Below the pieces are notes generated by a model. It saw nothing but the letters and a program-made list of their open reading frames with translations, ran no database searches and was not told where the DNA came from. 64,000 bases of DNA from a candidate division Kazan bacterium GW2011_GWA1_50_15 (GTDB lineage Bacteria > Patescibacteriota > Kazan-3B-28). The position numbers and the translations under genes were made by a program. Below, piece after piece: positions 56,636 to 64,000 of the stretch. Within the stretch, counting starts at the first letter, position 1. Each line of letters begins with the position of its first letter. The stretch lies in the NCBI GenBank assembly GCA_001029795.1, contig CP011216.1:279128-343127 (forward strand), in the 5' to 3' direction.

Positions 56636-59600
56636 TTAAATAATGGTGATAGTCAGGGTACCACTGTAGTCGCCCACCGTGCGGGACTCGAGATCAGCTA
56701 GGTCAATGGTCGGTAAGAAATAGAAACCGCCCTTGCCGTTGATATAGGTACTACCCGGACCGGTATAGGCGTTCCTGTCAGCATCCAGCGTGGCGCCAGT
56801 TTGGCCGGTCATATCGGTTTTGCTGGATGCGAATGAGCCGTTTAATACTGTAGTCGTTGATTTCCAAGTAATGTCGGTACCGGGGATGGTGTCGCCGCCA
56901 CCGCTTTTCGGCATCGACATTGAGCCGACCGATACAGTGTAACTGGTTTGATTGCCTCGTTTATCCCAGAAGACAAATTCCTCGCCAGCCTCGAAGGGAT
57001 AACTTAGTGTCCCCCCACCGCCCTTGGTGTAAGCCCCTAAATAAACATCGGCCGGGGCGGTAGCCATCTCCAGATCGGTGGCCGCCGAGGTGGTCAGCGC
57101 TGGATAACTATTGTTCGAATCCTTTGACACTGTCGCCCAACTGCCACCGGCCGCGGCGCTGTTTTCCATATATTGCAGACGGAAATAATAGGTAGTACCG
57201 GGCGCGACTATCACGCCGGGATTACGTTGGATAGTAAACTCGTGTTCGTAGTTGGTCGAGGCCGCCGGGTCAAAGGTACTTCCCGACCCAGCCCCGGTGC
57301 CGGAATCCTCATTGTGCCGCCCGGCCGTGGGCGAGTTGTTAGTCAGCCGGACATTGACGATGGCGTCGTCATCGGTCACGTTGGCTCCATTGTAGTAGCG
57401 CCAGGCTACCGTGTTCCCGCCCTGCGCCTCGACATCGGTGGCACCAGTAAAGCTGGTTGAGGTATCGAACTGGAGTTTGTATTTCACATCCGTCGCACCC
57501 ACGCCGTTGGCTTCGCCCACCACAACCCGTAGTTTGATGGCATTCCCCGGGTAAACAATGCGAGTGCTGCTGGGTGGGGTGCTGGTCGAATCATTGTCTT
57601 CATCGCTCAAGGCATCTCCGGTTGTCGTCTCGCCGCCATTAGTGGTATTGGGGTCGGCCACATCTTCGGCGTCGAACCAACGCCAGTTTTTGGAGCCGGG
57701 TTTGTAGGGCTTGCTTTTAGCGATGACCGTGTCAACATAGGTCGGTAAATTATCAGTGTCGGCAATGGTGACCGGCGCGCTGTGTGTATGGTCGTCCACC
57801 GCTATAGTCACGCCGGGCGGCGGGGCGGGCATATCGAAACCGGCCGATGACGAAGCGCCCCCGGTCGTAATATCGGAAACCGTGTGGCTATGCGAACTAG
57901 CCCCGCCCGAGCCGTCGGCGGTATACGATGATTGAGCCTCTAGATACCGGCGGTTGAAAGTCTGCGAGCTGCCGGAACTTACCGTCCAAGCGCTCCCGGG
58001 GTCGGCCGTGAACATCGCTACCAGATTAGCCGGGATAGCACCCGTGCTATCCTTTTTGCCCATGATCACCTCAACATGAATCGGTACATGGTTACCGGTG
58101 GTCGAAGTGCCGCTACCGGTATGATTATGGGCGGCGGCGGCTCCAGTAAAAGGCGGTCCGGTTGTACCGCCCACGGCACCGCCGGATGTGACTGTGCCAC
58201 CAGTGAGCGTGATGTCGTGATCGTGGGCAGTGTTTGACCCGCCGGTGGTTTCCCCATCCGGCCCGCCCCGAACAAAAGTATTATCCTGTGCCGAGTATCG
58301 TGTCCAGCCAGTTGGGACAGTAGCATCGAACATGGCAATGATGTTTTGCGGTAGCGTGCTGGGCATCCCGCTGTCGTACTGGACTACCTGTAATTCGCGG
58401 TAAGACGGTAACAAACTCTTAGATGAGGCTGTGGCACTCCAACTGTGCGTGTGTTGATCGCCGGCCACTGTGGTGCCCGATTGGGAGATGCTCAAAGACA
58501 AATTGTCAGTAATCGTCCCTGGCGTGGCGGTGGGGGTATGGGTATCGGCTCCGCCCCACGGACCGTAAGCTGAATTGCCTCGCGGGAATTTTTGGTAAAA
58601 GATATCGGTCGCGTCATTGGAAACCGAGCTCCACCCCGCTGGCATCGTGATCAATGTCCCATCCCAAAACAACATCATTCTAACCTCGGCGATATCCAGA
58701 GCCGACGTGTCGGTGAAATTGACTCCCAGCATATCGGCGTTGGCGCTATCATACCAGGTAGCAAATATCTTATACGGCGTAACGCTCCCGGCTCGAACAT
58801 AGATATAGTTGCCAGCGGAACTGCTGACCGGTCCCTGCTCGCTCCCCCAGGTTGAGCCGCCAGTGGTGGATTTTTTGTAATAGACACTCATCGAGCTGGC
58901 TACCGTACCGCGCAAATAAAAGGCGTAAAGATCGCCATTCTGCTGGTCGATGGCCACAGCGCCACCAAGTCCGGCAGTACCGATGTCGGTGTAGACATTT
59001 GTGTTGGTACTCCAACTCCTACCCGACTCGTCGTACCAATAGGTTTCAATGTCCCCGCCACTAGTGGCCGGATCGTTATTGCCCACCACATAGATGTCGC
59101 CGGTATTTTTGTTTAGTGCCCCGCCCCAGGCCACATCGTAGGTGGTGTGATAGGCAAAACTACTATCGATGGTGGTCCAACTCCCGTCCCAGGTTGGCGC
59201 GCTAGCATCGTAGACCATCGAGACTAGATCGGTGGCGCTGGTATCGTGAACCACTATCATCACATCTCCGCCAGACAGCGGGAAGATCTGCCCGTGGTCG
59301 ATGCCGCCAGCCATAGAAAAGCCGGTATCGCTCCAACTACTGCCACCAACGTCGGCTGCCGAGTAAACTTTGTAGCTGGCCGTGGCATCGCCCCAGAACC
59401 ACAGTGCATACAATTTGTTGTCGGTAGACTTGATAATCGAGGGCGATCCGCCCGAGGCATAGACCATGTCAACCGTGTTGTCGCCTATCTTGGTCCAGGT
59501 CGTGCCGGTGGGTGAGAGAGTGTCGCTAGCAGTATCTAGCCGCTTGAAATAGACATCGTCATCGTTCGTACCCGCCGTTTCGTGGGCCACCATATAGATA

Positions 59601-59974
59601 TAAGTGCCGCTGGTGTCCCCCGGCGTCCACTGGTCGTACCAGACGGCAATGTCCATCCAATCTTGGTCAGTCCCTAGCTCCACCTCTCCGCCCCAACTGG
59701 CGCCACTATTGGTGGTTTTTTTGTAAGCGGGCGTATCGGTGGTGTCATCAATATAAAAAGCGTAGCCGGTAGTATCGGACACCCAGACCACCGATGGGCT
59801 GGGACCGTACTGGCCAGTCAGATTGAATAGATCGCCGTTGATGGTGATTTGGGTGGCTTGGGCTGGCAGGACATTGAATCGCAGAGGGGCGAATTGAAAC
59901 CCGCCAAACACCATAACTACCGTCAAGACAACGGTCATCAATCGCCCGATTGTACCTATCCATCTCCTCTTCAT
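56636..59974 (-). CDS. Giant secreted protein: N-terminal BNR/Asp-box beta-propeller, central Gly/Thr-rich region with repeated His-x-His motifs, C-terminal Ig/FN3-like beta domains
   Basis: 1112 aa; signal peptide. Asp-boxes TTNSGASWGG, SAADVGGSSWSD, STTGGSTWGS. HxH repeats AHDHDITLTGG, AAHNHTGSG, NHVPIHVEV, SSHSHTVSD, DDHTHSAPV. Confidence 0.7.
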   Translation of the reverse strand: MKRRWIGTIGRLMTVVLTVVMVFGGFQFAPLRFNVLPAQATQITINGDLFNLTGQYGPSPSVVWVSDTTGYAFYIDDTTDTPAYKKTTNSGASWGGEVELGTDQDWMDIAVWYDQWTPGDTSGTYIYMVAHETAGTNDDDVYFKRLDTASDTLSPTGTTWTKIGDNTVDMVYASGGSPSIIKSTDNKLYALWFWGDATASYKVYSAADVGGSSWSDTGFSMAGGIDHGQIFPLSGGDVMIVVHDTSATDLVSMVYDASAPTWDGSWTTIDSSFAYHTTYDVAWGGALNKNTGDIYVVGNNDPATSGGDIETYWYDESGRSWSTNTNVYTDIGTAGLGGAVAIDQQNGDLYAFYLRGTVASSMSVYYKKSTTGGSTWGSEQGPVSSSAGNYIYVRAGSVTPYKIFATWYDSANADMLGVNFTDTSALDIAEVRMMLFWDGTLITMPAGWSSVSNDATDIFYQKFPRGNSAYGPWGGADTHTPTATPGTITDNLSLSISQSGTTVAGDQHTHSWSATASSKSLLPSYRELQVVQYDSGMPSTLPQNIIAMFDATVPTGWTRYSAQDNTFVRGGPDGETTGGSNTAHDHDITLTGGTVTSGGAVGGTTGPPFTGAAAAHNHTGSGTSTTGNHVPIHVEVIMGKKDSTGAIPANLVAMFTADPGSAWTVSSGSSQTFNRRYLEAQSSYTADGSGGASSHSHTVSDITTGGASSSAGFDMPAPPPGVTIAVDDHTHSAPVTIADTDNLPTYVDTVIAKSKPYKPGSKNWRWFDAEDVADPNTTNGGETTTGDALSDEDNDSTSTPPSSTRIVYPGNAIKLRVVVGEANGVGATDVKYKLQFDTSTSFTGATDVEAQGGNTVAWRYYNGANVTDDDAIVNVRLTNNSPTAGRHNEDSGTGAGSGSTFDPAASTNYEHEFTIQRNPGVIVAPGTTYYFRLQYMENSAAAGGSWATVSKDSNNSYPALTTSAATDLEMATAPADVYLGAYTKGGGGTLSYPFEAGEEFVFWDKRGNQTSYTVSVGSMSMPKSGGGDTIPGTDITWKSTTTVLNGSFASSKTDMTGQTGATLDADRNAYTGPGSTYINGKGGFYFLPTIDLADLESRTVGDYSGTLTITII

Positions 59975-60039
59975 GCTAAATATTTATGCTTATTGCCTGA
60001 GTCCGCCAGCCGGCGGATCGAAGGCCTACCACAACTTAT

Positions 60040-60064
60040 CACTTGTCACTTGTCACTTGTCACT
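60040..60064. repeat. Heptamer tandem repeat (CACTTGT)x3.5
   Basis: cacttgtcacttgtcacttgtcact in the spacer between 60074-61294 and the giant protein gene. Confidence 0.8.
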
Positions 60065-60073
60065 ATCTGCCAT

Positions 60074-61294
60074 TCACTTCCTCCCTCCCGGCCGATACAG
60101 CGAAGTTCTGCCAGAAACTAGATACCGCCACCATGCCGGCATGGGTTCGCGTCGTCGTTTTTCGGATAATTCACTCGGCGACAACAACCCCACCGGAATA
60201 AACAACTTATCTCCTGCGTTAATGGCGTGCGGCCAAGTTAACTGATTAAACCGGATCAGCTGTTGCGGCAGAACATTGGTATGCTCCGCAATGTGCATTA
60301 CCGTCTCGCCTTTTTGGACAGTGTGCGTAATTGTCTTCAGGCGATACTTCCGTCGGTCCAGCCACCACACCCACCAGCGGTACTTCAGCCAAGCCAGCCC
60401 CAACCCTAAGAGCCACCAGCCAAGATATTTGGTTCCCACCCAAAAGCTAAATTTATATTCGAACCGTTCGTCCGGCAATTTTTTGACCGTACCGTCTAGT
60501 TGCACTTCGTCCACTGTCCAAGTGTGAGCTACAACCGCAATCCGGTAGTAGCCGAATTTGGGCGCTGGTCTATCCCACACTTTGGTAATGTTCATCACAC
60601 TCCCCGGCAGATAGGTACCATTCTCATTCATCTCTTCGGTACGACTGCCGAATATGCCCTGCAGTTTAATATCCAGCGCTGGCTCAATGTTGATATTGCT
60701 CTCGTTCTTGGCGGTGATGTTAAAAGTTAGTCCGCTTTTGTCAATTTTGTAATCAACTTTATCAAAACTAAGTTTGCGGGTTATCTCCCCCGGCACGGTG
60801 ATATATACCCGAGCCCCGACTCGGATCTGGAAATTGATGTTGCCGCCGGCTTGACCGCCCGCTCTTTCATAAATCACAATCCCACCACTGTGCTGACCCG
60901 GCCCGGTGTCCCCCGGCACGGTAATAGTAAAGGGGACCTCGGCGCTGGTATTCGGCGCCAGTATCAAGTTAGTTTGCTCTAATTTAATCCAGCTCCCCAC
61001 CTCCCGATTATCGGCGGCGGTTTTCACCAGTGTATATCCGCCCTCGGTGGTATTGACGGCATCAAGCGCTTCCACAACCACGGATTTAGTTCTGGGAGAA
61101 TTATTATTAATAACTAATGTGTCGGTCGTACTCTCTCCCGGCCGGAGAGTATGGACAAACCAACTCCGGGGTGGCTGGCCCTCCACTGGCTTAGGGATAA
61201 CCCCCACCCCACCGGTTTGGGCCAACGCAAAAATTGGCAGCCACCATGCTGCCAAAACTGCCGACAGAGCCATTCCGATCACAGGTTTAGTCAT
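60074..61294 (-). CDS. Surface protein paralog 1: signal peptide - ~300-aa beta-rich domain (DUF916-like) - TM helix - one C-terminal LysM
   Basis: 406 aa; SP MALSAVLAAWWLPIFALAQT, ...PRSWFVHTLRPGESTTDTLVINNNS..., TM WWLLGLGLAWLKYRWWVWW, LysM HTVQKGETVMHIAEHTNVLPQQLIRFNQL...GDKLFIPV. Confidence 0.65.
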   Translation of the reverse strand: MTKPVIGMALSAVLAAWWLPIFALAQTGGVGVIPKPVEGQPPRSWFVHTLRPGESTTDTLVINNNSPRTKSVVVEALDAVNTTEGGYTLVKTAADNREVGSWIKLEQTNLILAPNTSAEVPFTITVPGDTGPGQHSGGIVIYERAGGQAGGNINFQIRVGARVYITVPGEITRKLSFDKVDYKIDKSGLTFNITAKNESNINIEPALDIKLQGIFGSRTEEMNENGTYLPGSVMNITKVWDRPAPKFGYYRIAVVAHTWTVDEVQLDGTVKKLPDERFEYKFSFWVGTKYLGWWLLGLGLAWLKYRWWVWWLDRRKYRLKTITHTVQKGETVMHIAEHTNVLPQQLIRFNQLTWPHAINAGDKLFIPVGLLSPSELSEKRRREPMPAWWRYLVSGRTSLYRPGGRK

Positions 61295-62769
61295 CGCTTC
61301 CGTTGGCGCTTATTGGATTTGGGCGGGATTTTAATTTGCTGGCCCGGCCGCAACTTATACGGCGGCTTAATTCTGTTGTATTCGGCCAGCGCGGTCATCG
61401 GCACACCGGCAAAATCAGCTACATCCCCTAAAGTGTCTCCAGTTTCAGCGATTAATACCGTGGGCTTAGCTGAACCCCCGGAACGACCGGGTTTGCCTAG
61501 TGTATCCACCATCGCATGGGATGTGCGCCGACGGAAGAGGTGCCCAACAATACTCAACGCAAATTCCTTATCCGAGAACATCTCCCGCTGTTTGACGGTC
61601 CATTCGGCCCCGCGATGATATCCAATCGGCACCAACAGTACATCCCCAGTTTTAAGTTCGTAAGGCCATTTCAGCAGATTGAACTTAGCCAATACCCGCG
61701 CATCCACTCCCAATTTGTTAGCCACCTTCATCAAGGTATCGCCGCTGACCACTTTGTACATCTCGGTCTTCACCCGCAAGCGCCGCATAATAATGGTGTA
61801 CAGCCACACCGATCGGATAAGATAGAGCACCAGTACGACCAGCAGAATGGTCATCAGCTCGCGCCACGGCCAGAGCCAGAAAATGTAGGTTTGCTTAATA
61901 ATCTCATCCGGCAACATTGTCTTGGTGCCGTCTTTGTTAAACTGCTCCTTCTCGCCCGTGTGGATGTCGAACTCAGCTTTGAATCTCCCAAAATAAGCTG
62001 CCCGCTTCATCCATTTTACATCCACATTCTTGGTCTCACCGCGGGAGACGGCGGTGGTCTGAACGGCCTCTTGTTTACCGACACTACCAAATATCCCCCG
62101 TATGGTGGTATCAATGATTGGAGCGATGGCTACGTTGCCATGGTTAGAGACATTAAAGGTAAGGAATAGCGCTCGCCGATTGCCGTAGTCAATCCGGTGA
62201 GTGATTTTATTGATCTGCAGATCGCGATTGATCTCACCCGGCACATTTACTACTAGCATTGCACCGATATGCACTCGCACCTTTACTCCTCCACCCTTGG
62301 TCTCGCTCGGCGGGGACTTTTCTTGGATGAAGATACCGCCGACATGCTCCCCTACATTGGCAGTTGATGGAATTTTTAAAGTCAGCCCGATCTGAACCGC
62401 GCTATGGGGGGCTAGGGACACTTCACTACGGTCCAACTCTAGCCAATAGCCCGGCTCGGGTTTTTCTGGCGTGTCGGCTCCGGCTTTGACAATATTATCT
62501 TCCTCATCAACCGTATAGCCGGACGGGAAGATCAGGACGGTGGCGGCCTCGTCTTTATTGTTATTAATGATCATCTGGTCTCGCACCTCGGTGCCTTCAG
62601 CCGCGGTATAGATGAACCAACTTCTGGCCTTACCTTCTTTGTCTGGTACCGGAAAGATGGACAGCCCACCTACACCCAAAGCGTTGGCTGATGACGCACC
62701 CACAAACAGGCCCAAATTCAGGGCCAATAGCCACCAACCGAATTTCTGCTTCAATCGTAAACCGGCCAT
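61291..62769 (-). CDS. Surface protein paralog 2: signal peptide - DUF916-like domain - TM helix - two C-terminal LysM domains
   Basis: 492 aa; same architecture as 60074-61294 (ARSWFIYTAAEGTEVRDQMIINNNK...), TM LMTILLVVLVLYLI, LysM1 YKVVSGDTLMKVANKLGVD, LysM2 VLIAETGDTLGDVADFAGV. Confidence 0.65.
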   Translation of the reverse strand: MAGLRLKQKFGWWLLALNLGLFVGASSANALGVGGLSIFPVPDKEGKARSWFIYTAAEGTEVRDQMIINNNKDEAATVLIFPSGYTVDEEDNIVKAGADTPEKPEPGYWLELDRSEVSLAPHSAVQIGLTLKIPSTANVGEHVGGIFIQEKSPPSETKGGGVKVRVHIGAMLVVNVPGEINRDLQINKITHRIDYGNRRALFLTFNVSNHGNVAIAPIIDTTIRGIFGSVGKQEAVQTTAVSRGETKNVDVKWMKRAAYFGRFKAEFDIHTGEKEQFNKDGTKTMLPDEIIKQTYIFWLWPWRELMTILLVVLVLYLIRSVWLYTIIMRRLRVKTEMYKVVSGDTLMKVANKLGVDARVLAKFNLLKWPYELKTGDVLLVPIGYHRGAEWTVKQREMFSDKEFALSIVGHLFRRRTSHAMVDTLGKPGRSGGSAKPTVLIAETGDTLGDVADFAGVPMTALAEYNRIKPPYKLRPGQQIKIPPKSNKRQRKR

Positions 62770-62778
62770 GCGGACCAG

Positions 62779-62805
62779 ATTATATTTTTACCTTTTCATT
62801 TTCAA
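62779..62805 (-). promoter_or_regulatory. Promoter candidate TTGAAA-15-TATAAT directly upstream of the paralog-2 ATG (leaderless)
   Basis: Revcomp of 62779-62784 is TATAAT, 8 nt before the start codon at 62769, with no SD. The 15-nt spacer is short. Confidence 0.35.
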
Positions 62806-62822
62806 CTAATTAACCGCTATTT

Positions 62823-63989
62823 TCAAGATGATACTTTGCGCCAGACCACGGCCAGCGCGTCACTGTAGACCGCCTCCCAGCCACCACTGTCATTCAGATA
62901 TTTATTCAGCGGTCGCCCGCTGCCGGTGAAGACAGTATCAACCTGCCATTTTGCCAATGTCACCAATGAGGTTTCGGCGTCATTGATATTACTGATGTTT
63001 TTGAACTCATCAAAGATTTTAACTGTAGGTGTCGTCCAGATGGCCATGCGCCCGTCAATGAATACTTGCCTCTCCGGCAACTGCCAGACCAAATAGCCGC
63101 CCCAATTGTATTCGTTGTACATCCGCTCTCCTCCGGGATGCTCTTTCAGATACTGGACAGCGTCATAAGGGTAGCCGTAGGATCGGCCATACACCGCCGG
63201 ATCAAACATCACCGGCGAAAGTCGCGCCCACTGCCATGCCCCCACTCCACCGACCACCAGCACCAGTCCCAGTACCCCGACCGTGGTCTGGAGGAGCTTT
63301 GGCATACCGTGCCTGAGCACCCCGTCCAGTTGTTCGGCCAAAAGCGGCATCGCGGCGATCGCGAAAAGGGGCAGATGGCGCCAAGCGGTTGTACTGATAA
63401 AAAATACCGTAATGGCCAACACCAGCTTGGTCAGATCGAACTTCCAATGATTCGCCCATAGCAACCCCAGCAACAGAATAACTACTAGTACTACATTGTA
63501 ACTACCGACATTGGTCAAACTCAGCGGTAGCCATTCGGAGATATTGGCCAATACATCTTTGTCGGTGAAGGTCTGCCATAGCTCCAGATAGACCCGCCAG
63601 CCATTGGGGTTAAATAAAGTAGCTACCACACTCACGATCGCCACCCCGGCCAATTGCCACAGTTGGCGCCAATTGAGTAGTTCGACAGATAAACGGGTTG
63701 GCTTTTTACCCCGTAAGATGTGCCGCAGTACCTCTCCCGCCCAGAAAATTCCGATAATCAAAAAGCCGGCCGAGAATCCGCCGTGCAGGTTTGCCCATGC
63801 TGCAAAAATTAGCGGGAGCCAGTAAATTAATTTACTGACGGGTTGGCGGCGCCAAGTGAACAGAAGATAGAGTACCCCTACCAACCCCAACAAGGTGAAC
63901 ATTTGCGGCCGCACCCCCACCACGAACCACGACACCAAGAATCCAGCCAGTGCGACAATAATTCGAATTAGCGGCGAGGTCTTCACCAC
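62823..63989 (-). CDS. Polytopic membrane protein, GT-C-like (PMT/ArnT/DUF2079-type) glycosyltransferase candidate; N-terminus may continue beyond the window
   Basis: 388 aa (in window); 8+ TM helices then a soluble C-terminal domain (YGYPYDAVQYLKEHPGGERMYNEYNWGGYLVW). Confidence 0.55.
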   Translation of the reverse strand: MVKTSPLIRIIVALAGFLVSWFVVGVRPQMFTLLGLVGVLYLLFTWRRQPVSKLIYWLPLIFAAWANLHGGFSAGFLIIGIFWAGEVLRHILRGKKPTRLSVELLNWRQLWQLAGVAIVSVVATLFNPNGWRVYLELWQTFTDKDVLANISEWLPLSLTNVGSYNVVLVVILLLGLLWANHWKFDLTKLVLAITVFFISTTAWRHLPLFAIAAMPLLAEQLDGVLRHGMPKLLQTTVGVLGLVLVVGGVGAWQWARLSPVMFDPAVYGRSYGYPYDAVQYLKEHPGGERMYNEYNWGGYLVWQLPERQVFIDGRMAIWTTPTVKIFDEFKNISNINDAETSLVTLAKWQVDTVFTGSGRPLNKYLNDSGGWEAVYSDALAVVWRKVSS

Positions 63990-64000
63990 ACCGGCCGCCA

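Overview
This window is a gene-dense bacterial chromosome segment of about 55% GC with almost everything on the minus strand. The core is the str operon (rpsL-rpsG-fusA-tuf) preceded by rpoB-rpoC and followed by the S10-spc-alpha ribosomal superoperon (rpsJ through rplQ, then rplM-rpsI), secE-nusG-rpmG and tRNA-Trp. L30 is absent between S5 and L15. S14 is the short Zn-ribbon type Z. L24 carries a C-terminal CxxC...CxxC extension. NusG has an acidic N-terminal extension. L22, S19, S12 and S11 have low-complexity tails. No rplKAJL lies between nusG and rpoB. These signatures are reminiscent of Patescibacteria/CPR-like genomes, but this is an inference only. Upstream lie cdaA (partial), a ZIP transporter and a MacB-like ABC pair. 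Downstream are a LemA/HtpX/DUF218/LysM envelope cluster and a minus-strand array of 7 tRNAs plus a tRNA-like remnant. Then come an oligopeptide-type SBP, secG, bactofilin, infC-rpmI-rplT, a polysaccharide locus (DUF4012, two GT4 enzymes, polyprenyl-phosphate sugar transferase), udk and an unusually long RNase P RNA. A block of very large secreted/surface proteins follows (dockerin-like+PKD+BNR lipoprotein, a 1112-aa BNR protein with HxH repeats, tandem SP-beta domain-TM-LysM paralogs). The most unusual signal is a ~95-nt hairpin-rich element in three diverged copies with compensatory substitutions: one inside rnpB, one in the rpsG-fusA spacer, one inverted in the rplX-rplN spacer. Several short tandem 7-8-mer repeats sit in intergenic spacers, and a tRNA-Leu has the rare anticodon AAG.
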